Program-made: the position numbers and the translations under genes
Part shown: piece by piece, positions 20,083 through 29,536 of the stretch
How the letters are laid out: each line of letters begins with the position of its first letter
Numbering within the stretch: the stretch's first letter is position 1
DNA from: Candidatus Latescibacterota bacterium
GTDB lineage: Bacteria; Latescibacterota; UBA2968; GCA-2709665
Direction of reading: 5' to 3'
NCBI GenBank assembly: GCA_965248435.1
Contig: OZ252100.1
Coordinates: 3,648,001-3,712,000, forward strand
DNA length: 64,000 nucleotides
Notes under the pieces: model-generated
Databases searched by the model: none
The model's input: the letters and a program-made list of their open reading frames with translations, nothing else
What the model was told of the DNA's origin: nothing

Positions 20083-20151
20083 GTATCTCGTATCTCGAGG
20101 CGTCACGCTTCGCTCACTGGATAGCTGATTCTCATTAGATAGCTGATTTCA
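20083..20151 (+). repeat. GTATCTC heptamer leader plus GATAGCTGATT direct repeat upstream of BNR gene 4
   Basis: (GTATCTC)x2 at 20083-20096. GATAGCTGATT at 20120 and 20138. Confidence 0.65.
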
Positions 20152-20186
20152 GAGTTTCTACATTGCCTCAACCCTGAAGGAATGAG

Positions 20187-21485
20187 ATGAGCAACGTACC
20201 GATGACGCGGCCTGAAGAGGCGCTGGCCATGCACGATTTTACCTACTATCACGCCTGCGCCTTCGTGGAAAGAAGGGACGGAAGTATCCTCCAGATCGCG
20301 GGCACGAAATTCACCACATCCGAGGATGGGGGGTTGAGTTGGTCGGAGCCCTATGAATGTCGCGACCCTGATGGAGAGCTGGTGCAAGGCAGGTCTCTGG
20401 TCAGGCTGGGTGGAGATGCGATCGGGATGTCCAACTGCCCTCAAACCGAATCGGATGGACCACGACCCAAATCATGTGAGACGTTCAGGCGTTCGGAGGA
20501 CGGGGGCAGGACGTGGGGGCTCCCGCTTCGTGTCTCTCCGGAAGGGTTTTCTGTATCTGACTATCACGACACGATGATTCGGACGTCCTCGGGCCGTTTG
20601 GTCATTCCGGTCCACATGCTTCTGGGACAGGTATCCGCCTCGAACGACATCCCGGGACCCTGGCCGGGCAAGCTTGTAAAAGGGCAGTGGGTCTCGACGA
20701 ACGCCCACTTCTTCGACATGGGGTTTACCTGTTCGTTCGTCTACGTCTCCGACGACGACGGGGCGACCTGGCAGACGAACAAAGACGGAAAACTGCTGGT
20801 CAACCTGGACTGCAACGCCGTGAGCAGCTACCTGGTCGAGCCATCCGTGACCGAAGTGGAGCCCGGAAGGCTTCTGATGTTTCTGCGCTCCGGTCTCGGG
20901 CGTCTGTTTCAGGCCTGGTCGCACGACAACGGGGAGACATGGACGCGCCCCGAGCCTACGTCGCTTGCCACATCGACGGCCCCGGGTCAGATCCGGACGC
21001 TGCCGAACGGGCACCTGCTCGCGGTCTGGAATCAGCAGGGGCCGGAGGAGATCCGTCACGGCTACCACCGGTCTCGGATGTCGACGGCGATCAGCCGGAA
21101 TGGAGGAAGCGTGTGGGAGTTCTTCCAGAATGTGATGTCGCTGCACGAGGAGACGCGCGTGGAGCCGGGTCCGATCGAGCCGGTACGTCCGGAGGAGTAC
21201 CATTACAACCCGGACATGCCGGCGCCGGAGCGCGAAGCTGAATATGTGACACCGGCGGATGAGTACGGCGTGTGGACCTACCCGTCTGTCCTGGTGCTGA
21301 AGGATCGGGTGATCATCTCGCATCGTTACTACATGTACGGTGAGCACGAGACGGCCGCACAGTTGGTGAAGACCGATCCGAGCGAAGATCTCCACGGTTT
21401 CATCCAGAAGCAGAAGGTGCTGCCACTGTCCTGGCTGTATGGCGGCAAGGAGCCGGCGGATCATCCAGCGATCGCTGGGTCGTAA
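20187..21485 (+). CDS. BNR/Asp-box sialidase-fold protein 4 (subgroup B)
   Basis: Paralog of gene 3 with a C-x12-C loop. Confidence 0.85.
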   Translation: MSNVPMTRPEEALAMHDFTYYHACAFVERRDGSILQIAGTKFTTSEDGGLSWSEPYECRDPDGELVQGRSLVRLGGDAIGMSNCPQTESDGPRPKSCETFRRSEDGGRTWGLPLRVSPEGFSVSDYHDTMIRTSSGRLVIPVHMLLGQVSASNDIPGPWPGKLVKGQWVSTNAHFFDMGFTCSFVYVSDDDGATWQTNKDGKLLVNLDCNAVSSYLVEPSVTEVEPGRLLMFLRSGLGRLFQAWSHDNGETWTRPEPTSLATSTAPGQIRTLPNGHLLAVWNQQGPEEIRHGYHRSRMSTAISRNGGSVWEFFQNVMSLHEETRVEPGPIEPVRPEEYHYNPDMPAPEREAEYVTPADEYGVWTYPSVLVLKDRVIISHRYYMYGEHETAAQLVKTDPSEDLHGFIQKQKVLPLSWLYGGKEPADHPAIAGS

Positions 21486-21521
21486 ACGTAGGGTAAAAGG
21501 CAGGAAAGGAATGGACGTCCG

Positions 21522-23510
21522 TTGAGACCACAGCCAAAATGGCTCCGGGAGGGGCTGATCTTCGTCGGGAACTGGGAGACGCTGGTCGCGCGGACTCGCC
21601 ATGGCGGCCTCGCCGAGAACATGCGAGAGCTCTACAAGGCGGAACACAGTGAAGAAGTCGTGCGCCGGCTGAAGGACGTCGGCGTCAACATGATCCTGAT
21701 GCACTACTTCAAGACGGGGCTTCGGGTCGAGGAGGAGGAGCGGGCATACGCAGAGCAGCTCGCGGGGTTCTGCCGTAAGTACGGGATGCGGGTCGGCGCC
21801 TACATCGGCGGGACGATCTACTACGAGACGCTTGCGCAGGATGATGAAGACTGCGTCAACTGGGCCGCGCGCGACGAGGATGGCCGGCCGATACGCCGGT
21901 CCCTTTCCTCCGGGCTGTGCCGATACAAGCCCTGCTACAATCAACCGGGCTATCGCGCCTTCATCCGGCGCGTCGTCGAGATGGCCGTGAAGGAGCTCGG
22001 GACGGACCTCGTCCACTTCGACAACTTCGGGGACAGCGCGGAGCCGGCCTGCCACTGCGGGGAGTGCGTCAGAAAATTCTCAAAGTTCCTGGAGACGAAA
22101 TACCGGGACGCGTCGATCCGGCTCGAGCGATACGGATTCACAGACCTCTCTCGTATCCGGCCGCCGATCTTTCCGAAGACGGTTCCTCCGGAGAAGTATC
22201 CCCTGGTCCGCGATCCTTCCGTACAGGACTGGATGGAGTTTGGCAGCGAGTGCCTCACCGATTTCTACAGGGAGATGAGTGATCTGATCCTGGAGCTCAA
22301 TCCCGAGGTGGCCGTCGAGTGCAATCCGGGCGGTATCCGTCCCGGCAACTGGCGCTACTACTGCGGCGTCGACCTGCCGCGGCTGGTGGTGCACGGGGAT
22401 GTGTTCTGGACCGAGGAGAACGCCGAGCCGCGACTGGAGGACGGGCGGCTCATTTCGAGGATCCGGACCTTCAAGGCAGCGCAGTCTCTGGGGAACGTGC
22501 TCTTTTCCTACGCACTCGGACCTCACACGACCCGGTTCCGAAGGTTCAGCAAGGACGCCAGGCTGCCGGTCCTTGAACCGATGGTCCTGGGGGGCCCAAC
22601 GATCGGATGCGTGGGCATGATGTGGGAGGGCGGAGAGGTGGAAGAGATCGAGAAAAATCTCCGCTCGCCGGACTTCGCCTTCTTTCTGAAGCATCGATCT
22701 CGGTTCGTAGATACCGAGCCCGTGACTGACGTGGCGGTCGTTCGCAGCTTCAGTTCCATGGCCTTCAATGCAGTCGATCCTCACCGGGATGTCTGGTTTT
22801 TCGAGCAGGCGCTCATTCAATCCGCCGTGACCTTCACACTCGCGTTCGACCGCGACCTGAACGAAGGCTGCCCCTACCGGGTGCTCGTGCTGGCCGGTCA
22901 GGAATGCATCAGCGAGGATCAGGTCCGGTTCCTCGAGGCGTTTCTTCAGGCCGGGGGTGGGGTCGTGCTGGTAGAGAATTCGGGAACGCACGATGCGTGG
23001 CACCGCGTCAGAACCGAGACCCTGACGAACGTTCTCAGGGCGCTCGCCGACGAGGTGGAAACACTGGAGAACGGCGTGACTCAAGCGCGAATCGGCCGGG
23101 GGCGGGCGGCCATCGCTCCCTCCATCGTGGCCACTGCAGATGACCCTTTAGGACCCTTCGACTGGAGACGTCCGGAGAACTGGAAGGATCTGTTGGAGGC
23201 AGTCAGATGGGCGGCAGGCGGGCGCCTGTCGGTCGAGGTCGAAGCACCCCCCTCGTTCATCGTGGAGGTCCGCCGGCAGACCGAACCGGATCGGCTGCTG
23301 ATCCACCTGCTCAATTTCGAATCCGTAAGTCCCGGGCCCGACCTGCGCGTTTCTGTTGCCATCCCCGAGTTCGCGAGGCCCGCTCGATGTATAGAGTTGA
23401 GCCCGGAGGAACCCGAAGGTCGCGAGGTCCACTTCGAGTCTGATGATGATGGGATCGCGTTTGAGGTTTCCGGCGTGGAGAAGTACAGACTGGTCGTCAT
23501 AGATGGTTGA
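21522..23510 (+). CDS. Putative glycoside hydrolase (GHL6/GH42-like TIM barrel plus beta-galactosidase trimerisation-like domain)
   Basis: PCYNQPGY, DLVHFDNF, CHCGEC metal motif, C-terminal YRVLVLAGQECISEDQ...FLQAGGGVV and LIHLLNF. TTG start. Confidence 0.65.
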   Translation: MRPQPKWLREGLIFVGNWETLVARTRHGGLAENMRELYKAEHSEEVVRRLKDVGVNMILMHYFKTGLRVEEEERAYAEQLAGFCRKYGMRVGAYIGGTIYYETLAQDDEDCVNWAARDEDGRPIRRSLSSGLCRYKPCYNQPGYRAFIRRVVEMAVKELGTDLVHFDNFGDSAEPACHCGECVRKFSKFLETKYRDASIRLERYGFTDLSRIRPPIFPKTVPPEKYPLVRDPSVQDWMEFGSECLTDFYREMSDLILELNPEVAVECNPGGIRPGNWRYYCGVDLPRLVVHGDVFWTEENAEPRLEDGRLISRIRTFKAAQSLGNVLFSYALGPHTTRFRRFSKDARLPVLEPMVLGGPTIGCVGMMWEGGEVEEIEKNLRSPDFAFFLKHRSRFVDTEPVTDVAVVRSFSSMAFNAVDPHRDVWFFEQALIQSAVTFTLAFDRDLNEGCPYRVLVLAGQECISEDQVRFLEAFLQAGGGVVLVENSGTHDAWHRVRTETLTNVLRALADEVETLENGVTQARIGRGRAAIAPSIVATADDPLGPFDWRRPENWKDLLEAVRWAAGGRLSVEVEAPPSFIVEVRRQTEPDRLLIHLLNFESVSPGPDLRVSVAIPEFARPARCIELSPEEPEGREVHFESDDDGIAFEVSGVEKYRLVVIDG

Positions 23511-23541
23511 GGGGCCCGGAATTTAGAACAGGAGCGCGGAT

Positions 23542-25497
23542 TTGAATCTGAAAGAGACCCAGAAATCGATCGAGGTTCTGGTCAAATACGAGAAAAAGAT
23601 CGGGCACAAAGGACCGGCCAGCGCCGATCTCCAGGCGGCGGTTGGCGATGGTGGAAGGGATGGGGTCTGGCGGCGCTATCTGTTGAACGGGTCGCATCTT
23701 GCCGACGTGGCGGGCTGGGTTGTGTTGCGTTCTGAAGATGGCGTGGCAACGCCATCCCTGGCCCTCACGGAAATTCGAAGGCTGGTCGAATCCGCCCACA
23801 AAAGTCCTCCCCGGTCCGCAGACGGGTTTCTCGGAAAATATCTGAATGAGCGGTCGAGTTTGCCGGCCTCTTTCAGGGAGAGACTCGACCGCCTCGCGAA
23901 GAAGGGCGAGAGGGAGATCCCGCTCTGTGCCGCGGGATTCGCTCGTGAGCTTGCGCGCCTCGGAAGGATCGGTGCCGAAGGTGCTGAGGCAGAGGTCCAT
24001 GCCCATTGGTATGCAGAGATTCTGGAGGGGCGTGTCCGGCTTCCAGAGGCACGAAGGGTCCCTGCGAAGATCACCAAGGCGGCGAAGCGCCTTACGGATC
24101 ATCTTCGATCCGTAGAGAGGGACAAAAGGATCGGGGAACGCACGGCATATGAGAGGTACGCGGGCGTCCTCAAGTCTCACGAGATGACCGATGTGACGGA
24201 CATCCTGATTCGGATGCACGGATCGAGGCCGGTGCTGGGCGTCGTCCAGATCGAGCCGTTCCTGAAACACTATTCAAAGGCGGAGACGCTGAATCGGCTG
24301 AGGCGGCTCATCGAGTGGTTTTCAGGGATCAACACGTGGAACAACGAAGGGGTTTCGCTCACCCCTAGGCTGATGGTATATCTCTCCCAAAAGAACGACT
24401 TCGAGTCCCTGCTTAAGCGAATGGATTTTCTGAGGGCGGCCCGGGATAGCGGGAAGTTTCACATCGACGATCCGCTCGCACGCGAGCTGGAGTTCCTGCG
24501 GTTCTCGGTCTACAACCGATTTACGCGTCATCCCAAGACGGATGAAGAGCTATATGAAATGTTCCAGGACCTCAAGCCGCTCCCTCCTCAGAAGGAGGTG
24601 CCGATTCGTCTCGACATGGATGAGATGCGCCAGGTGAAACGGACGGCTTATGAAGCATTCCTGTTTCTGGAGTTTTTGAAGGCGTTCAAGGCCCGCACGG
24701 AACGACACGTCGTGGTGATTGGAAACGATCGATACGGGCGACAGTGGGTGGTGGAGCCGATCGCGGAGCAACTCAAGGATGGGTTTTCCCTTCGTTACGA
24801 TCGCGTAGAATCGGGTCACGCATACCGTTTGAAGACGCCTCCGGTCTTTCCTGAGACGTTCGTGAGAGAGCTGAGCGACGGGATGCCTCACGTGGTGATC
24901 GTAGACGGCGCGAAGCCATTTCGGAAGCTGGAGAGAAAGATGCGGTTCTCGCGCTCGATGCGGGCCTACGCCAACTGGTTCTCGGTGTTCAACGACCTGC
25001 GTTCGGAAGGTGACGTGTCGAGTTTCGAAGCGGAGAGCGGCCTTCCGCCCTATCACGTGCGGGAACTGAAGCGGTGGCACGAGTTCACACGACTCCGTCG
25101 GCAGATGCGGGACTGGGTCACACCTGGAGAGACCTACAGCGTGAGAGTCTGGGCGCCGGAGTGGTACAGGCAGGTTCAACTCGGAGATGTTGAAATCGAG
25201 TACCAGCCGATCGACACGAAGGAAGACCGGCCGATGGTGGTGATGGCGAACTCGAACGTGTCAGGGGAGGATTGGAAGGGATTTCCGGCCGAGCTTCGGG
25301 GGACCCGGACCTATTATTTCGACGGCCCGGAGGACCTGGTGAAGGAGGAACTGGTGTTCGGGTTCGGCGATTACGGGGTGGAGACGCGCACTGTGGGACC
25401 GACGACGGTGGCGTTTATCGCCGAAGTCCGGAAGCAGATCGCGGCCGAGGTCGGTCGGCTGGTCGCAAGTGGGTGCGCACCGAAGGTCAGGATCTAG
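23542..25497 (+). CDS. Hypothetical protein (651 aa), possible divergent PRTase-like C-terminal domain
   Basis: Long ORF with a TTG start after AGGAG. No family recognised. VVVIGNDRYG...HVVIVDG weakly resembles a type I PRTase. Confidence 0.7.
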   Translation: MNLKETQKSIEVLVKYEKKIGHKGPASADLQAAVGDGGRDGVWRRYLLNGSHLADVAGWVVLRSEDGVATPSLALTEIRRLVESAHKSPPRSADGFLGKYLNERSSLPASFRERLDRLAKKGEREIPLCAAGFARELARLGRIGAEGAEAEVHAHWYAEILEGRVRLPEARRVPAKITKAAKRLTDHLRSVERDKRIGERTAYERYAGVLKSHEMTDVTDILIRMHGSRPVLGVVQIEPFLKHYSKAETLNRLRRLIEWFSGINTWNNEGVSLTPRLMVYLSQKNDFESLLKRMDFLRAARDSGKFHIDDPLARELEFLRFSVYNRFTRHPKTDEELYEMFQDLKPLPPQKEVPIRLDMDEMRQVKRTAYEAFLFLEFLKAFKARTERHVVVIGNDRYGRQWVVEPIAEQLKDGFSLRYDRVESGHAYRLKTPPVFPETFVRELSDGMPHVVIVDGAKPFRKLERKMRFSRSMRAYANWFSVFNDLRSEGDVSSFEAESGLPPYHVRELKRWHEFTRLRRQMRDWVTPGETYSVRVWAPEWYRQVQLGDVEIEYQPIDTKEDRPMVVMANSNVSGEDWKGFPAELRGTRTYYFDGPEDLVKEELVFGFGDYGVETRTVGPTTVAFIAEVRKQIAAEVGRLVASGCAPKVRI

Positions 25498-25555
25498 ACA
25501 TACGTATCTCGTATCTCGGGGCTTTTCGCTTTCACTCAAACTTGACGGGGATGAG

Positions 25556-26839
25556 ATGAGCAACGTACCGATGACGCGCCCGGAAGAGGCGCTCGCGATG
25601 CACGACATCACGCATCACTACGCGTGCGGCTATGTCGAACGGGCCGATGGCAGCATTCTCAAGATCTCTGGCACGAAGTTCACGACTTCAGACGACGGGG
25701 GAATCACCTGGTCGGACTACTATGAGTGTCACGATCCTGATGGCGAGCTGGTGCAGGGCCGATCTCTGGCGAGGTTGGAGGGGAACGCGATCGGGATCTC
25801 CAACGTAGTTAGCTCATCGGATTCGGATGTGTATAACTACATGTCATTCAGGCGCTCGGAAGACGGAGGCAAGACGTGGGGCCTCCCGCTTCGCGTTTCA
25901 CCGGAAGAGTTTTCCGTAGATGACTATCACGACACGATGATTCGGACCTCCTCGGGGCGTTTGATTATGCCGGTCTACACTTCACTGGGGCAGCGATCTG
26001 CCTCCAACGACATTCCAGGGCCCTGGCCGGGCAAGCTGGTGAAGGGGCAGTGGGTCTCGACGAACGCCCACTTCTTCGACATAGGGTTCTCCTGTTCATT
26101 CGTCTACTATTCAGATGACGACGGGGCGACCTGGCAGGCGAACAAGGACGGGAAGTTGCTGGTTAACCTGGACTACAGTGCCGTGTGCAGCTACTTGAAC
26201 GAGCCATCCGTCACTGAAGTAGAGCCGGGTACGCTTTTGCTGTTCCTGCGCTCCGGACTGGGTCGTCTGTTTCAGGCCTGGTCGTTTGACAATGGGGAGA
26301 CCTGGACGCGCCCCGAGCCGACGTCGCTTGCCACGTCGACGGCTCCGGGTCAGATCCGGACGCTGCCGAACGGACACCTGCTCGCGGTCTGGAACCAGCA
26401 GAGTCCGAAGGAGATCCGCCATGGCTATCACCGCTCACGGATCTCGACGGCAATCAGCCGGAACGGGGGGAGCGTGTGGGAGTTCTTCCAGAATGTGACG
26501 TCCCTCCACGAGGAGACGCGCGTGGAGCCGGGACCGATCGAGCCGGTCCGTCCCGAGGAGTATCATTACAACCCGGACATGCCTTCACCGGAACGTGAAG
26601 CGGAATATGTAACGCCGACGGATGAATATGGTGTGTGGACCTACCCGTCTGCGCTCGTGCTGAAGGACCGGGTGATCATTTCGCATCGCTACTACTACTA
26701 CAGCGAACACGAGACACGCGCGGAGCTGCTGAAGAACGGCGAACGCGATGGGTGGATTGAAAAGGTGAAGGTGCTGCCAATGTCCTGGCTCTATGGCGGC
26801 AAGGAGCCGGCTGATAGTCCACGCATCGCTGGGTCGTAA
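25556..26839 (+). CDS. BNR/Asp-box sialidase-fold protein 5 (subgroup B)
   Basis: ATG at 25556 matches the paralog start. Preceded by (GTATCTC)x2 at 25504-25517. Confidence 0.85.
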   Translation: MSNVPMTRPEEALAMHDITHHYACGYVERADGSILKISGTKFTTSDDGGITWSDYYECHDPDGELVQGRSLARLEGNAIGISNVVSSSDSDVYNYMSFRRSEDGGKTWGLPLRVSPEEFSVDDYHDTMIRTSSGRLIMPVYTSLGQRSASNDIPGPWPGKLVKGQWVSTNAHFFDIGFSCSFVYYSDDDGATWQANKDGKLLVNLDYSAVCSYLNEPSVTEVEPGTLLLFLRSGLGRLFQAWSFDNGETWTRPEPTSLATSTAPGQIRTLPNGHLLAVWNQQSPKEIRHGYHRSRISTAISRNGGSVWEFFQNVTSLHEETRVEPGPIEPVRPEEYHYNPDMPSPEREAEYVTPTDEYGVWTYPSALVLKDRVIISHRYYYYSEHETRAELLKNGERDGWIEKVKVLPMSWLYGGKEPADSPRIAGS

Positions 26840-26887
26840 ACTCCAAGTCTGGATTAAATTCTAACGCTAAAACTCGAGAGGGATGAG

Positions 26888-28186
26888 ATGAGCAACGTAC
26901 CGATGACGCGCCCGGAAGAAGCGCTCGCGATGCACGACATCACGCATCACTACGCGTGCGGCTATGTCGAACGGGCCGATGGCAGCATTCTCAAGATCTC
27001 TGGCACGAAGTTCACGACTTCAGACGACGGGGGAATCACCTGGTCGGACTACTATGAGTGTCACGATCCTGATGGCGAGCTGGTGCAGGGCCGATCTCTG
27101 GCGAGGTTGGAGGGGAACGCGATCGGGATCTCCAACGTGGTTAGCGCACCGCAGGATCCGGATGTGTATAACTACATGTCATTCAGGCGCTCGGAAGACG
27201 GAGGCAAGACGTGGGGCCTTCCGCTTCGCGTTTCACCAGATGTCTATTCGGTCTCGGACTACCACGACACGATGATTCGCACTTCCTCGGGCCGTCTGAT
27301 CATGCCGGTCTACTGTGGGATGGGACAGCGGACGGCTCCGAACGATATCCCCGGACCGTGGGGCGGCAAGCTGGTGAAGGGGCAGTGGGTCTCGGTAGGT
27401 GCCCACATTTTTGACATGGGGTTCTACTGTTCGTTCGTCTACTATTCCGACGACGACGGGGCGACCTGGGAAAAGAGCAAGAACGAGGAACTGCTCGTCT
27501 ACCTCGACTACGGCACGGTCGTCAGCTACGCGAACGAGCCGTCCGTGACGGAGGTGGAACCGGGAACGCTGCTGATGTTCCTGCGCACCGGTGTCGGGCG
27601 TCTGTTTCAAGCCTGGTCGTATGACAACGGGGAGACCTGGACGCGTCCCGAACCGACGTCGCTTGCCACGTCGACGGCGCCAGGTCAGATCCGGACACTG
27701 CCGAACGGCCATCTGTTGGCGGTCTGGAATCAGCAGAGTCCAGAGGAGGTCCGGCGTGGCTACATTCGGTCGCGTATCTCAACGGCGATCAGCCGGAACG
27801 GAGGGAGCGTGTGGGAGTTCTTCCAGAATGTGACGTCGCTGCACGAGGAGACACGCGTGGAGCCGGGGCCGATCGAACCGGTTCGTCAGGAAGAGTACCA
27901 CTACAGGCCGGACATGCCGGCGCCTGAGCGTAGGGCGGAGTATGTGACACCTGCCGATGAATACGGGGTGTGGACCTATCCGTCCGTGCTGGTTCTGAAG
28001 GACCGGGTGATCATTTCGCATCGCTACTACCTCTATACCGAGCACGAAACGCGCGCGGAGCTGCTCAAGAATGGGGAGCGAAACGACTGGATCGAAAAGG
28101 TGAAGGTGCTTCCGTTGTCGTGGCTGTATGGCGGCAAGGATCCGGCAGACAATCCGAACAATAAGATTTCCTGGTCGGGATTCTAG
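26888..28186 (+). CDS. BNR/Asp-box sialidase-fold protein 6 (subgroup B)
   Basis: The 5' ~350 nt are nearly identical to gene 5. Confidence 0.85.
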   Translation: MSNVPMTRPEEALAMHDITHHYACGYVERADGSILKISGTKFTTSDDGGITWSDYYECHDPDGELVQGRSLARLEGNAIGISNVVSAPQDPDVYNYMSFRRSEDGGKTWGLPLRVSPDVYSVSDYHDTMIRTSSGRLIMPVYCGMGQRTAPNDIPGPWGGKLVKGQWVSVGAHIFDMGFYCSFVYYSDDDGATWEKSKNEELLVYLDYGTVVSYANEPSVTEVEPGTLLMFLRTGVGRLFQAWSYDNGETWTRPEPTSLATSTAPGQIRTLPNGHLLAVWNQQSPEEVRRGYIRSRISTAISRNGGSVWEFFQNVTSLHEETRVEPGPIEPVRQEEYHYRPDMPAPERRAEYVTPADEYGVWTYPSVLVLKDRVIISHRYYLYTEHETRAELLKNGERNDWIEKVKVLPLSWLYGGKDPADNPNNKISWSGF

Positions 28187-28226
28187 GCTGATGCTTCGCA
28201 GGTTTATTTAACGTGAGAGGGTAAAA

Positions 28227-29525
28227 ATGAGCAACGTACCGATGACACGTCCTGAAGAGGCGCTCGCGATGCACGATATCTCGTATCACTTCGCGTGCGG
28301 CTACGTCGAACGTGCCGATGGCAGCGTTCTGAAGATCTCGGGCACGAAGTTCTCGACGTCGGACGACGGGGGGATCACCTGGTCGGAGCCCTATGAATGT
28401 AGAGATTCTAATGGAGAGCTGGTGCAGGGCCGGTCCTTGGCGAGGCTGGAGGGGAACGCGATTGGGATGACCAACTGCGATCAACTCCCATCGGAGGGAC
28501 AAGGAGCAAAAGTTTGTGAGACGTTCCGGCGATCTGAGGATGGGGGAAAGACGTGGGGGCTTCCGCTTCGCCTATCACCTGATTTCATTACGGTCGCAGA
28601 CTACCACGACACGATGATTCGGACCTCCTCGGGACGCCTGGTCGTACCGGTCTACTGCTCGCTAGGACAGGGGTCCGCCGCGAACGATATTCCCGGTCCC
28701 TGGCCGGGAAAGCTGGTAAGAGGGCAGTGGGTTTCCACGAACGCCCACTTTTTTGATATGGGGTTCTCCTGTTCGTTCGTCTACCTTTCAGACGATGACG
28801 GGGCGACCTGGCAGACGAACAAGGATGGGGAACTCCTCGTCTATCTCGACTACGGCACCGTCGTCAGCTACCTGAACGAGCCGTCCGTCACCGAAGTGGA
28901 GCCAGGAGTCCTTCTGATGTTCCTGCGCTCCGGTGTCGGACGTCTGTTTCAGGCCTGGTCGTTTGACAACGGAGATACGTGGACGCGCCCCGAGCCGACC
29001 TCTCTCGCGACGTCGACGGCCCCGGGTCAGATCCGGACGCTGCCGAACGGTCACCTGCTTGCGGTCTGGAACCAGCAGGGCCCAGACGAGATCCGGCGCG
29101 GCTATCACCGGTCTCGGATCTCGACCGCGATCAGCAGGAACGGGGGGAGCGTGTGGGAGTTCTTCCAGAATGTGACGTCGTTGCACGAAGAAACGCGCGT
29201 CGAGCCCGGCCCGATCGAGCCGGTGCGTCCAGAGGAGCATCATTACGATCCGGACATCCCTGCGCCGGAGCGCGAAGCGGAGTATGTGACCCCTACGGAC
29301 GAATATGGCGTGTGGACCTATCCCTCTGCTCTGGTGCTGAAGGACCGGGTGATCATTTCCCATCGCTATTACCTCTACAGCGAGCACGAGACCCGCGCGC
29401 AGCTGATCAAGACGAATCCAAACGAGGATTTTCACGGGTTTATCGAGAAGGTGAAAGTATTGCCGATGTCGTGGCTCTATGGCGGCAAAGAGCCGGCTGA
29501 CCATCCCCGCATCATGGGAAGCTAG
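28227..29525 (+). CDS. BNR/Asp-box sialidase-fold protein 7 (subgroup B)
   Basis: Same scaffold. C-x12-C loop as in gene 4. Confidence 0.85.
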   Translation: MSNVPMTRPEEALAMHDISYHFACGYVERADGSVLKISGTKFSTSDDGGITWSEPYECRDSNGELVQGRSLARLEGNAIGMTNCDQLPSEGQGAKVCETFRRSEDGGKTWGLPLRLSPDFITVADYHDTMIRTSSGRLVVPVYCSLGQGSAANDIPGPWPGKLVRGQWVSTNAHFFDMGFSCSFVYLSDDDGATWQTNKDGELLVYLDYGTVVSYLNEPSVTEVEPGVLLMFLRSGVGRLFQAWSFDNGDTWTRPEPTSLATSTAPGQIRTLPNGHLLAVWNQQGPDEIRRGYHRSRISTAISRNGGSVWEFFQNVTSLHEETRVEPGPIEPVRPEEHHYDPDIPAPEREAEYVTPTDEYGVWTYPSALVLKDRVIISHRYYLYSEHETRAQLIKTNPNEDFHGFIEKVKVLPMSWLYGGKEPADHPRIMGS

Positions 29526-29536
29526 GGACGTCCTAG

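Noticed and set aside
16004-29525. Diversity-generating retroelement or shufflon explanation for the BNR variation
   Set aside because: There is no reverse transcriptase, non-coding template repeat or site-specific recombinase in the window. The differences include indels and are not adenine-specific, and all copies are full genes in one orientation.
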